Of a stretch of 64,000 nt of DNA, positions 55,536-64,000 are shown one piece after another (the stretch's first letter is position 1; each line of letters starts with the position of its first letter). Source of the stretch: Bdellovibrionales bacterium (lineage in GTDB: Bacteria; Bdellovibrionota; Bdellovibrionia; Bdellovibrionales; JAKFYE01); assembly GCA_965116215.1 (NCBI GenBank), contig OZ220494.1, forward strand, positions 1,658,235 to 1,722,234. Reading direction: 5' to 3'. The notes beneath the pieces were generated by a model. The model saw only the letters and a program-made list of their open reading frames with translations, was not told where the DNA came from and ran no database searches. Position numbers and translations under genes: made by a program.

Positions 55536-56545
55536 AACTTTGCTTTCCTCCTTTCTTGATCTGACATGTTTAGAGTTAACAAGGCCTCACATTCTTGGCA
55601 TCTTTTCAATGCCTCTTTAAATCTTGGGTCATTTCTTTCAGAGCGAAGGATAATCAAGATATTTTTAAATGCATTTAATGCCATTTTATAATTGCTTGTT
55701 TCGTAATAGCGTTTTCCCTGTAATAAGGTAAATTGTATAAGTTCATCTCTACGTCGATGAGATAATTGAAGATATCTATATGCTAATTTGTGTTGGGAAT
55801 TTAATGCCAATGCTGCATTAAATTGTCTCAATGCTCTATTGTAATTTCCTTCACGGTAATCCCTAAAGCCCTTTATATAATGAGCTTCAGCTTTTTTATA
55901 ACTTTTTTCTCCAGTTTTCTTGAGACTTCTTTCTCTGGCTATATTTGATATTTTATCGTCAATATCTTTTAGTTGTTGCTCTAATACGATATCAGTTTTA
56001 ATTGGTATTTTTTCTTCATTTTCTGAATTTATAGAGAGTATCCATATAAAAAAGGCAGCTATCAAAATGATGAATATATAAAATGGAGAACGCTGAGATT
56101 TAATGGGTTTCTTAAAATCTGAAACCTTTGATATTTCAGAAACATTTGCATTCTCAGACAATTGATTATTTTTTTTAATTTGTGTTAGAGAGTTTTTTTG
56201 TCTTTTATTTATTGCAATATTGTGTTTTTCTTTTATTGAAAACTGTAATTCCGTTTCTGCAATTTTAATAACTGAACCGTGTTTAAGGTACCCACCCTTT
56301 AATTTTTTCCCATCGATATAAACTCCATGTCGTGACTTTTGGTCGATGACTTGTACTTTATTTTCTTTAATTTGAACTGCAGCATGAATGCGGCTGGCCT
56401 TGGGATCTGCTAAAACAATATTGCACTTTGGACTTCTTCCAATTGTTATATGTGTAGAAACAATTTGAAAAGTGGCATCTTTATCTGGCCCATTAATTAT
56501 TTTGAGTGATAACTCTAATTGAATTTTTGGAGCCAAGTTACTCAT
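55514..56545 (-). CDS. FHA-domain membrane protein with TPR repeats
   Basis: IGRSPKCNIVLADPKASRIHAAVQI...SRHGVYIDGKKL; TM FYIFIILIAAFFIWILSI; TPR-like AEAHYIKGFRDYREGNYNRALRQFNAALALN. Preferred start is the Met at 56545 (RBS gaggaa; ATGAGTAA overlap with the upstream stop). Confidence 0.75.
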   Translation of the reverse strand: MSNLAPKIQLELSLKIINGPDKDATFQIVSTHITIGRSPKCNIVLADPKASRIHAAVQIKENKVQVIDQKSRHGVYIDGKKLKGGYLKHGSVIKIAETELQFSIKEKHNIAINKRQKNSLTQIKKNNQLSENANVSEISKVSDFKKPIKSQRSPFYIFIILIAAFFIWILSINSENEEKIPIKTDIVLEQQLKDIDDKISNIARERSLKKTGEKSYKKAEAHYIKGFRDYREGNYNRALRQFNAALALNSQHKLAYRYLQLSHRRRDELIQFTLLQGKRYYETSNYKMALNAFKNILIILRSERNDPRFKEALKRCQECEALLTLNMSDQERRKAKLCLEFES

Positions 56546-58124
56546 GGGGTATTTCCTCTTCATATTTCTCATCTAAAATAATGAGATAATATTCAATGCC
56601 CTCTTGTCCCAAAAAAGCTTGTGCAGAAATTTCATATTTTATATCATCAAAATCAATTGTACTATAGGCGATTTCATATGATGTCTCAGAGCATTTATGA
56701 ATTAATTCATTAATGTTTTGTTCAAAAGCTGTATCTTGAATCGCATTGATATCCATTCCATTGAGTTCTGTGCTATTTATATTGATCAGTTTATAAAAGG
56801 TGGGGTTGGCTGAGATGATACGATTTTCAATATCAAGAGCGATCGAGGGCTGAAGTAACATATTTGTCAGATTGGTGGCTTCATTAATAACATCTCTAGA
56901 TTTAGCTTGATTGTCATCAGATACAGGTTGTGTATTTCTGGTCAGGAGATTATTAATATAAAATGTGAGTTTTTCTAGAGGGGGGAATTGATACTTTGTT
57001 CCTACCTTTTCTTCGCCATTTTTAAGAGCTTTATCTAATTGTGTTGCCAGGGAAGAAATAGGATATTCAATCACTTTATATAGGAATAAAAATAATATCG
57101 ACCCAATGATAAGAGCAATAAACAAAGCTTGTATAAAAAGGCCAAGGGTGTGCTCATTGTTAATATCTAACTCAGCCTTATCGTATAGAATGACTGAAAA
57201 ATACTTTGGCTCATACATACCTGTTTCGGGATCATAAACTTTAATGGCATCACTCACAGCAATAGTATGGTTGTCTAACTCTTCTGTATAACTGCCATCT
57301 TTTTTTCTAGCTTTATGGAAGAAGGTGTCCTTTGCATACGATCCCTGTCGAGTTGCTGGGGCGACAATAGACCCATCTTTAGCATTAATTATTAGGGCCT
57401 GCTTTACGCCGGCTTCGTATTCTGCAAACTGGTTATTAAAAGATGTTTCCCCCTCAAATTTTAAAGCTTTTTGAAAAGCTCTAGATTGTGCTCTTGCTAT
57501 AGTTAAAGCTCTTCTTTTACTTTCTTTTGTTACACTTTTTTGAGTGATTTCTACCATTGGAAAAACACTTAGAGCTGTAACTAAAAGAACAAAAGCCATA
57601 ATAAATATTCCGAGTACGTATTTAAAATCTAATTTCTCTGCTACAGAATAGACCCCAGGCATGGCTACATTTTCAAAGTAATGGTTAAAATTATGTTCGA
57701 TATTAGCCAGAGTATGTTTATTTGTAGAAGGAGCAGCGGTATTTTCAGATGGTGAATTCATAATAGGGGAAGGGAAATGATCGCCGCTGACTACTGGAAG
57801 AGGAGCATGTTGAGATTGACTAAAGTCTTCATTGGCTTCAATAATAACGTTATGAAAACTTATCTTATCGCCAGATTGAACTTTGTCCTTCCGTATACGT
57901 AGTCCATTTATAAATGTTCCATTTCTCGACTTTAAATCTTCTAATGTGAGAATATTATCTTTTAAAGACAGTTTAGCTTGATGTTTGGAAACACCAGAAT
58001 TGTTAATAATAATATCACAATCTTTAGCTCTTCCTAAAGTGATAGTACCCTCATTGAGGTCTATTTCTTTATTGATTTGATGACCTTTGAGAAATTTAAT
58101 CTTCCACATATAACTGATCTCCAC
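56538..58124 (-). CDS. FHA - TM - extracytoplasmic domain - TM - PAS-like protein (sensor-like, no output domain)
   Basis: LGRAKDCDIIINNSGVSKHQAKLSL...SRNGTFINGLRI; TM segments LGIFIMAFVLLVTALSVFPMV and LFIQALFIALIIGSILFLFLY; C-terminal ALDIENRIISANPTFYKLI..ELNGMDI is PAS-like. Confidence 0.7.
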   Translation of the reverse strand: MEISYMWKIKFLKGHQINKEIDLNEGTITLGRAKDCDIIINNSGVSKHQAKLSLKDNILTLEDLKSRNGTFINGLRIRKDKVQSGDKISFHNVIIEANEDFSQSQHAPLPVVSGDHFPSPIMNSPSENTAAPSTNKHTLANIEHNFNHYFENVAMPGVYSVAEKLDFKYVLGIFIMAFVLLVTALSVFPMVEITQKSVTKESKRRALTIARAQSRAFQKALKFEGETSFNNQFAEYEAGVKQALIINAKDGSIVAPATRQGSYAKDTFFHKARKKDGSYTEELDNHTIAVSDAIKVYDPETGMYEPKYFSVILYDKAELDINNEHTLGLFIQALFIALIIGSILFLFLYKVIEYPISSLATQLDKALKNGEEKVGTKYQFPPLEKLTFYINNLLTRNTQPVSDDNQAKSRDVINEATNLTNMLLQPSIALDIENRIISANPTFYKLININSTELNGMDINAIQDTAFEQNINELIHKCSETSYEIAYSTIDFDDIKYEISAQAFLGQEGIEYYLIILDEKYEEEIPHE

Positions 58125-58434
58125 GGTGTATATCTAATTTTTTAATTTTACCTGCTGGTAATTCAAATACAGATTGAGCACCCCATTGTGGCCAGATAAT
58201 TTTCCAGGGCTTTAAATTGTGCTTTAGAGAATAAATTTTCAAATTTTTATCAACAAATATGACATCGATTGGAATTTTCATAAAATAAGTATGAATACTA
58301 TTGCATTTATCAATCCACAGTGCAGATTGTTCGTCCAGTTCTGTTTTTCCTATGAGTCCTTTGGTTTTTTCCCAGAGAGATTTGGCCTTAATAAGTTTTT
58401 TAGAAATAATGTTGTTTTGATTTTTTAAAATCAT
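58096..58434 (-). CDS. DUF192 family protein
   Basis: 112 aa; KGLIGKTELDEQSALWIDKCNSIHTYFMKIPIDVIFVDKN....VFELPAG...DIHRGDQL fits the DUF192 pattern. Confidence 0.7.
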   Translation of the reverse strand: MILKNQNNIISKKLIKAKSLWEKTKGLIGKTELDEQSALWIDKCNSIHTYFMKIPIDVIFVDKNLKIYSLKHNLKPWKIIWPQWGAQSVFELPAGKIKKLDIHRGDQLYVED

Positions 58435-59330
58435 TAAAACCCTCCAGTAAGGAACTGAAGACCGATGGGACCAAATACCATAAGAAATATAGCGGGAAGA
58501 ATAAATAAGACCATTGGAAGGAGGATCATTTGTGATGCTTTTGCCCCTGCCTTTTCGGCTCGCATAAAACGTTCAAGTCTCATTTGGCTAGATTGTTGTT
58601 TGAGAACTTCTCCTATACTGGCCCCTGTTGAGTCCGCATCGGTGAGTACAACTATAAAACTTGTAACTTCTGGTATATCTAATCGATCTGCCATTTTTTT
58701 CAGAGCTTCAGATCGAGAACTGCCCAGTTTAATATCTTTTAATGCCTTTCCAATTTCTTGCCCAAGGGTGCTATTAGGGGCTTTCTCGGAAACTCTTTGT
58801 AATGCAGAAAAAAAATCCAAGCCAGCTTCTGTTGAGAGAGCTAGTAGATCAATAAAAAATGGTAGGTCTAAAATAATAGATTTATAGCGTTTTTTCTTTT
58901 CAGTCGCACAATGCAAGTTAGGAAAATAAGTTCCAGCAAGTCCTATTAGGATAACTAATGGTATGGGATATTCTAGAGATAGGGAGAAGTTGGCCAAAAA
59001 AAGAAATAAAGGAAATAGAATCCCCCATAGTATTTGAAGTCCAATAAATTCATCTACATTGAGTTCCCCTTCAAGACCTGCAGTTTTTATTTTTTCTGCG
59101 ATATTTTTTCTATATTTAGAATTTTTGATTTTGGCCCCAAGTCTAAGGGAGAATTTATGGACAAGGGGTCTGGAAAACTCTAAAAACTTAGAACTCGACT
59201 TACTGGGCTCATTTCCAGCGGCCCAAAAGAGAGCCTTTTGGTCATCATCTCCGGATAAAATATTATAAACTATAAAGTAAACTGCGAGTCCTGCTAAAAT
59301 TAAACCACTTATTAACATGAATTCTGCCAT
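58434..59330 (-). CDS. TadC/GspF-like (type II secretion system F family) inner-membrane platform protein, orphan
   Basis: 298 aa; N-terminal TM, central cytoplasmic helical domain (LPFFIDLLALSTEAGLDFFSALQRV...), two C-terminal TM segments. The topology and size are typical of TadB/TadC. Confidence 0.7.
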   Translation of the reverse strand: MAEFMLISGLILAGLAVYFIVYNILSGDDDQKALFWAAGNEPSKSSSKFLEFSRPLVHKFSLRLGAKIKNSKYRKNIAEKIKTAGLEGELNVDEFIGLQILWGILFPLFLFLANFSLSLEYPIPLVILIGLAGTYFPNLHCATEKKKRYKSIILDLPFFIDLLALSTEAGLDFFSALQRVSEKAPNSTLGQEIGKALKDIKLGSSRSEALKKMADRLDIPEVTSFIVVLTDADSTGASIGEVLKQQSSQMRLERFMRAEKAGAKASQMILLPMVLFILPAIFLMVFGPIGLQFLTGGF

Positions 59331-59775
59331 TTGGTGCTCTCTTATATGTCATTGAATGTTTTGTTTCACATTCGTCTTGGCGTTTTTATTTTTCAGCAAA
59401 AGGGTGAAGCCCACAATACTGGCTTCTTATTTGCTACACTCCATCTAAAGTATCGGAAATTTTGAATAAAAACCTGAATCGAGGTGAAATGTTCAGCCTT
59501 AGGGCGAGACACAGAGTCTTTATGAGACAGTTATAATTTAACTTATTGAAATTTATTGTCTTTCTATACTCTGTGGAACTCTAAAGTGGGAAGTCGTTAT
59601 CTAAGAGTGTGTTGATCGTCTTTAGAGGAGGGACGGGGCCCTATTTGGGTGGTATAGAATCATAGCGATTGAGATTTTTTAAAGAGCTGCTGATGATTGG
59701 GAGATATCCTGCATGGAGAAGGGGGATAAAACAGTGTCCCTTTTATAGGGATAGACGTAAAATAGAAAAGCGGAA

Positions 59776-60492
59776 ATGGATATGTCAACAGTAGAGCAGA
59801 GACTAAAGTTTGTACACGGGGAGATCATCTCCGCTCAGATGCGGTCCCTGAAAGCTTCAAAGCAGATCACTGTGATTGGTGTATCTAAAAAGCAACCCCT
59901 TCAATCTATAGAGGGGGCTATACAACTGGGCATGAGAGACTTTGGAGAAAATCATGTTCAAGATTTAATGGATCGTCAGCAGAAGTTGATCGGAAAATCT
60001 TCTCTATTTTGGCATATGATTGGCCCTGTGCAGAGTAATAAAGTGAAGTCTCTTGTCGGTTATGTAGACTTTATTCATACAATTGATAGAATGGCATTGG
60101 CTGAAATGATTTCTAAAAGAGTTTCTGATTTAAAGAAAACTCAAAAGGTATTTATTCAGGTGAACATTGCGTCTGAAAATACAAAATGGGGCATTGATAA
60201 AACATATGGAGGCTCATTTTTAGAGCAAGTCTCGGAGATGCCAGGTCTGCAAATTGTAGGCCTGTCGGCAATGCCTCCATTGACCAAAGATCCTCAGGCT
60301 TCGCGTCCATACTTTGCTGAGTTGCGAGGTTATTTGGATGAATGGAGAGATAAAATAAAAAACAATAGATCTGCTTTTCGATTTTTGTCGATGGGGACAA
60401 GTCAAGATTATTCAGTTGCAGTAGAGGAGGGGGCCACTCATGTGCGTATCGGACAATGTATTTTTGGCCCTCGGATAAAGAGAGGGTTATGA
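59776..60492 (+). CDS. yggS: YggS-family pyridoxal phosphate homeostasis protein
   Basis: VIGVSKKQP (PLP lysine), FGENHVQD, WHMIGPVQSNK, LSMGTSQDY, VRIG..IFG. Confidence 0.85.
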   Translation: MDMSTVEQRLKFVHGEIISAQMRSLKASKQITVIGVSKKQPLQSIEGAIQLGMRDFGENHVQDLMDRQQKLIGKSSLFWHMIGPVQSNKVKSLVGYVDFIHTIDRMALAEMISKRVSDLKKTQKVFIQVNIASENTKWGIDKTYGGSFLEQVSEMPGLQIVGLSAMPPLTKDPQASRPYFAELRGYLDEWRDKIKNNRSAFRFLSMGTSQDYSVAVEEGATHVRIGQCIFGPRIKRGL

Positions 60493-61322
60493 GTTACATT
60501 CCATTTCAGCGTATAGGATTTATTGGAGCTGGTCATATAACAGATGTTCTTCTGAGCCGCCTTTTAGATAATCACTACCTATCGAAAGATAGACTTTATA
60601 TGAGTAACCGTTCACAAAGTAAACTCAATAGAATGGCTCAACGGTATGGTATCAATCCTTGTAAGAATAATGAAGAGTTAGTCGATATATGTGACATGAT
60701 ATTTTTATGTGTAAAACCACAAGATATAGTAGAGGCTGTAGAACCTATTGCTATGAGTTTTGATGACTCCAAAGTCATTATAAGTTTAGCTGCAGGGATT
60801 CCTCTGAATAGACTTTCAAAAATGTTTAGTGAGGCTAAATATATTATCCGATTGATGCCCAATATACCCTGTCGTATTGGGGAAGGTGTTGTTGGTTATT
60901 GTTATACTGAGAGTTCAGAATATGTGATAGAAAGGGTGATTGAGTTATTAAAATCTCTAGGTCAATTTGTGAAAGCGGAAGATGAGGAGTCTTTCCAATC
61001 TTTAATGGTCGCCTGTGCCAGCGGTCCTGGATTTATATTAGAACTGATGAAATATTGGCAAGATTGGCTAGAAGATTATGGATTCTCAGAGGATAGGGCA
61101 CGTGATATGACAGTTCAGACGTTTTTGGGAACCTCCCGATGGGCCTCTAAAGACCCAGACAAAAGTCTAGAGGTTTTACAATCTCAAGTGACTTCCAGGG
61201 GAGGGGTGACAGAGGCGGGGCTGACTGTGATGAGAGAGGAGGATGTGGAGCGACTTCTTCGGGTGAGTTTTGAGAAGGCGGTCATGAGAGATAAGAAATG
61301 GGCTGAAGATGTTTGTTCTTGA
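60489..61322 (+). CDS. proC: Pyrroline-5-carboxylate reductase
   Basis: IGFIGAGHI, LCVKPQD, RLMPNIPC, VTSRGGVTEAGL. Start ATG 60489 overlaps the yggS stop (ATGA). Confidence 0.88.
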   Translation: MSYIPFQRIGFIGAGHITDVLLSRLLDNHYLSKDRLYMSNRSQSKLNRMAQRYGINPCKNNEELVDICDMIFLCVKPQDIVEAVEPIAMSFDDSKVIISLAAGIPLNRLSKMFSEAKYIIRLMPNIPCRIGEGVVGYCYTESSEYVIERVIELLKSLGQFVKAEDEESFQSLMVACASGPGFILELMKYWQDWLEDYGFSEDRARDMTVQTFLGTSRWASKDPDKSLEVLQSQVTSRGGVTEAGLTVMREEDVERLLRVSFEKAVMRDKKWAEDVCS

Positions 61323-61383
61323 AGATTTAGGCTTGCACCTCTATTTAGCATCTCAGTATATTCAATAGGGGGAGGATATTTAG

Positions 61384-61965
61384 ATGAGAATAGCTCCAAT
61401 CGATGTTTGTCAAAAGACATTTTCAAAACAGATGTTGGGATGTGATCCTAGTGAGGTGAATACTTTTTTAAAAGCTGTCGCAGATGAAATGGAGACTCTG
61501 TATAAAGAAAAAGGTCTTTTAAGGGAAGAAATTAGAGAGAAAAATATGCAGCTTATGGAATATCGTGAGAGAGATAAAACTCTTAGAGAAACCATTTCTA
61601 CTGCACATAAGATGTCCCAGAAGGTGAAAGATGAGTCGGAGAGGGAGGCAAAATTAATTATTGCCAATGCTGAGCAACAGGGTGAGTTAATTGTCAAAGA
61701 TGCAAGAGATTCCTTAAGAGAGATTTATAAGGAGATCTGTGATCTGAAAAAAATCCAGTCGCAATATGAGACCAATATGAAAGCCTTGTTGCAAGCTCAT
61801 ATGTCTCTTTTAGATCAAAGGGGTGATTTTTTACCTCAATTTGCTGTTAAGGAGCCAGAAAGTCTTAAAAAGTCTATAGGACATAAGAAACCAGAGAAGA
61901 GTGCTCCTGAAGTGAGAGAAACAGGTGAAAAGTCAGGAGATATATCTCCTCTGAGTATGTCTTAA
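61384..61965 (+). CDS. divIVA: DivIVA-domain protein
   Basis: MRIAPIDVCQKTFSKQMLGCDPSEVNTFLKAVADEME matches the DivIVA N-terminal lipid-binding domain, followed by a coiled coil. Confidence 0.8.
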   Translation: MRIAPIDVCQKTFSKQMLGCDPSEVNTFLKAVADEMETLYKEKGLLREEIREKNMQLMEYRERDKTLRETISTAHKMSQKVKDESEREAKLIIANAEQQGELIVKDARDSLREIYKEICDLKKIQSQYETNMKALLQAHMSLLDQRGDFLPQFAVKEPESLKKSIGHKKPEKSAPEVRETGEKSGDISPLSMS

Positions 61966-62112
61966 GTTTTTTATTTTCCTCTTAAGGTTCAGGCAGTTTT
62001 AAAGGCTGCAGTTGCTGATAAAGCTTAAAAGCATAAGGTTTTTCTTTTACAAGAATGAATTTTTTCTCAAAAAAAGCCGAAAAGATTATAAAATAAAATA
62101 ATGAGGTTTTTC

Positions 62113-62646
62113 ATGAAATTTTGGCCGAAGGGGTTCTATGGTTTTTCACTTATAGAGCTTCTTATTGTCATTGTTATTATGACATTTCTAGTCGCTATTG
62201 CAATGTCAGGTTACAAAAGGTATGTTTATAAATCACGAACCAGTGAAGCCAAGGCGCATCTCAGTGATGGCTACGTCTCTATGAAAACATTTTTTGCAGA
62301 TAGGCTCTCTTATACCACACGACTTGATGCTATAGGTTTTAATCCGGAAGGACCTTTACATTATCGTCTGGGGTTTACCAGAGATCAAGACCCTGGGAAT
62401 ATAGGTTTAGGGACTCGACGGTGTTATGATACGATTGTAGGGGGAAGAAAGAAGGGAACTTGTCAGCATACTCCAATGTGGACGTCTGAGGTTACGGCGA
62501 CATCCGTGAAAGGTAAGTTCCAAGGTGGATACGCAAAGCGGTCTTCATTTTCAATGGGGGCCTCTGCTATTTTAAAAGGCTCTGATGTGGATTCATGGTC
62601 GATAGATGAAAATAAAATATTAACAAATGACAAAAGAGGATTTTAG
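62113..62646 (+). CDS. Type IV pilin-like protein (prepilin N-terminal methylation motif)
   Basis: MKFWPKGFYG/FSLIELLIVIVIMTFLVAIA has the G-F-x-x-x-E class III signal. GAGG lies 6 nt before the ATG at 62113. Confidence 0.7.
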   Translation: MKFWPKGFYGFSLIELLIVIVIMTFLVAIAMSGYKRYVYKSRTSEAKAHLSDGYVSMKTFFADRLSYTTRLDAIGFNPEGPLHYRLGFTRDQDPGNIGLGTRRCYDTIVGGRKKGTCQHTPMWTSEVTATSVKGKFQGGYAKRSSFSMGASAILKGSDVDSWSIDENKILTNDKRGF

Positions 62647-62740
62647 TTTTGAAGTATTATGAACCAGAGTTATATGGTTCTATCATTATCTTCTCTATAC
62701 ATTTTTAAATATCTTATCTTTTTATGATCCCCATTGGAGA

Positions 62741-63949
62741 TTATGGTTTTGCTTTTTTGACTTTATAATTCAGTTGCTTAAGAGATTCTTCCAGAAGATG
62801 GGGATCTAACTTTTTTGATAGGATTTGACTGGCCTGTAGCGTCTTTAGTATTAAAGTGCGTCTATGCCTCCCCCTTGTTCTTTGGGCTTTTTTTGCCTTT
62901 GTCCATGCAATAAAGTAACGATTTGTATAAGATTTTGCTATTTGTAGAGCGAACTCCAAGCGGTGTTTAATTTTCTCTTTTTGTTCTTTATTGTAAGTGT
63001 ATTCATTTTTTGGGCCGTTGTATTTTAATGGTAAACTCAGCGTAAAATGCTCTCTGGATAGTGAGATGTTGAGCCATGTTTGTCCAGATTCTGTTTTTAT
63101 CTCTGTAGAATACCGTGAGGGTGAATTCAAGGAATGTAAGACAGAGGATAAAGAGGTCTCAATGGCATGACTGATTCCTAAGCCAACTTCCATAGAGAAA
63201 ATAAACTTTTCTAAAGTTTGATTATACTCTACTGACCTGGGATTTGTTGTGAGACGGCGGAGTAAAATACGACCATCTTGTTGGTGAGTTATCATTTCTG
63301 AGAAATGGATAAAATTTGGATATAAATAGGATAGTGGCCGTCCTGTTTTATTCCTCGTTATTGATAAGTGATAAGGGCTCTCTATGGTTTCTCTAATGTT
63401 GTTATCGATTTTTGCATGACGAAGTTCATGAAGAACTATAGAATTCCTAACATTCATACTTAAGAAAGTGGATTCCGATAAAATGATTGTGTTTTCCTGA
63501 GGGTGGTACATGCCTCGCCTGTATGTATCTTTTAAGAAATATAAAGGCTCATAGGCAATCCATCCATGTTTGTATTTATTATAAAAATCCCTTGTTAGCC
63601 TACTGAGAGATGTTTCTTTGCCCGATTCAGGCAATAGAGTGAGTTTGTAAAATCGAGCATTATTTATTGAGCTTTGGGCCCCCTTGGGGATGTAGCTTCC
63701 TATCATATGAAAAATTCCGTTGGCTGCTAGATATTGGCTCATTTGAAATGTCAGTATATGTGCAAATTTGCTAAAAAACTCATCCGCCCTTCTGCCAAAA
63801 GACATGAGATCCATAAGGAAAACTTTAGCCTCTATATACTCCTCCATTTTGTCTTTAATAGCAGTGCGTTTTTTGGAATGGATTTCTATAGGTGAAACGA
63901 CAGTTAGAAATATCTTCTCTTCATTTATATTTAAGCTTTGATCCATCAT
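62741..63949 (-). CDS. Hypothetical protein with a single HExxH motif (possible novel metallopeptidase); 5' end uncertain
   Basis: SIVLHELRHAK at about residue 175, with FSEMITH ~40 aa downstream. The frame stays open from 63950 to the window end (own check: no in-frame stop), so the true start may lie outside the window. Confidence 0.45.
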   Translation of the reverse strand: MMDQSLNINEEKIFLTVVSPIEIHSKKRTAIKDKMEEYIEAKVFLMDLMSFGRRADEFFSKFAHILTFQMSQYLAANGIFHMIGSYIPKGAQSSINNARFYKLTLLPESGKETSLSRLTRDFYNKYKHGWIAYEPLYFLKDTYRRGMYHPQENTIILSESTFLSMNVRNSIVLHELRHAKIDNNIRETIESPYHLSITRNKTGRPLSYLYPNFIHFSEMITHQQDGRILLRRLTTNPRSVEYNQTLEKFIFSMEVGLGISHAIETSLSSVLHSLNSPSRYSTEIKTESGQTWLNISLSREHFTLSLPLKYNGPKNEYTYNKEQKEKIKHRLEFALQIAKSYTNRYFIAWTKAKKAQRTRGRHRRTLILKTLQASQILSKKLDPHLLEESLKQLNYKVKKAKP

Positions 63950-64000
63950 TTTGTTTTCTTCAAGAAGTTTAGATATCCTGAGAATTTCACTATCAATCCA

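Noticed and set aside
59331-59775. Sigma-54 (-24/-12) promoter upstream of the TadC-like operon, and likewise upstream of the pilin gene (61966-62100)
   Set aside because: The candidate GG...GC pairs (tgggcttcacccttttgct; aaggctgcagttgct) have the wrong spacing by 2 nt relative to TGGCAC-N5-TTGC. An 8-bp inverted repeat (cacagagt at 59510-59517 and actctgtg at 59568-59575) is too weak to call.

Overview
AT-rich 64-kb chromosomal segment of a Gram-negative bacterium, densely packed with about 58 protein-coding genes, most of them core housekeeping. Recognisable genes include tsaC, mutY, alaS, recX, pilT, pgpA, a cinA-type amidase, recA, pdxH, ung, type III glutamine synthetase, hppD, pepA, ogt, ygfZ, yggS-proC-divIVA and an ExbB/ExbD pair. 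There is also a pantothenate/CoA supercluster and a lipA-E2-lpdA-lipB cluster. The gene content (DivIVA, PilT, a type IV pilin, an orphan TadC-like gene, several exported proteases, a sphingolipid-type SDR) suggests a Bdellovibrio-and-like organism of the Bacteriovorax type. I cannot verify that without a database search. I recognised no rRNA, tRNA, CRISPR array, transposase, integrase, prophage or classical defence island. Four things are least explained by ordinary annotation. (1) A six-gene, translationally coupled minus-strand operon (52975-59330) joins an orphan TadC/GspF-like platform protein, DUF192, three membrane proteins carrying four FHA domains, and a catalytically degenerate PP2C-like protein, with no kinase or pilus ATPase nearby. 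(2) A dispersed mosaic family of inverted-repeat-bounded intergenic elements occupies five spacers, with at least nine units or fragments. (3) Seven genes from panB to panD sit in one cluster, with coaC and coaB as separate genes and a DUF2520-type reductase candidate. (4) Three eukaryote-like enzymes are present: a KDSR-like SDR, a cN-II-like 5'-nucleotidase and a deoxyhypusine-synthase-like protein. All functional calls rest on motifs read by eye from the supplied translations. None has been checked against a database.
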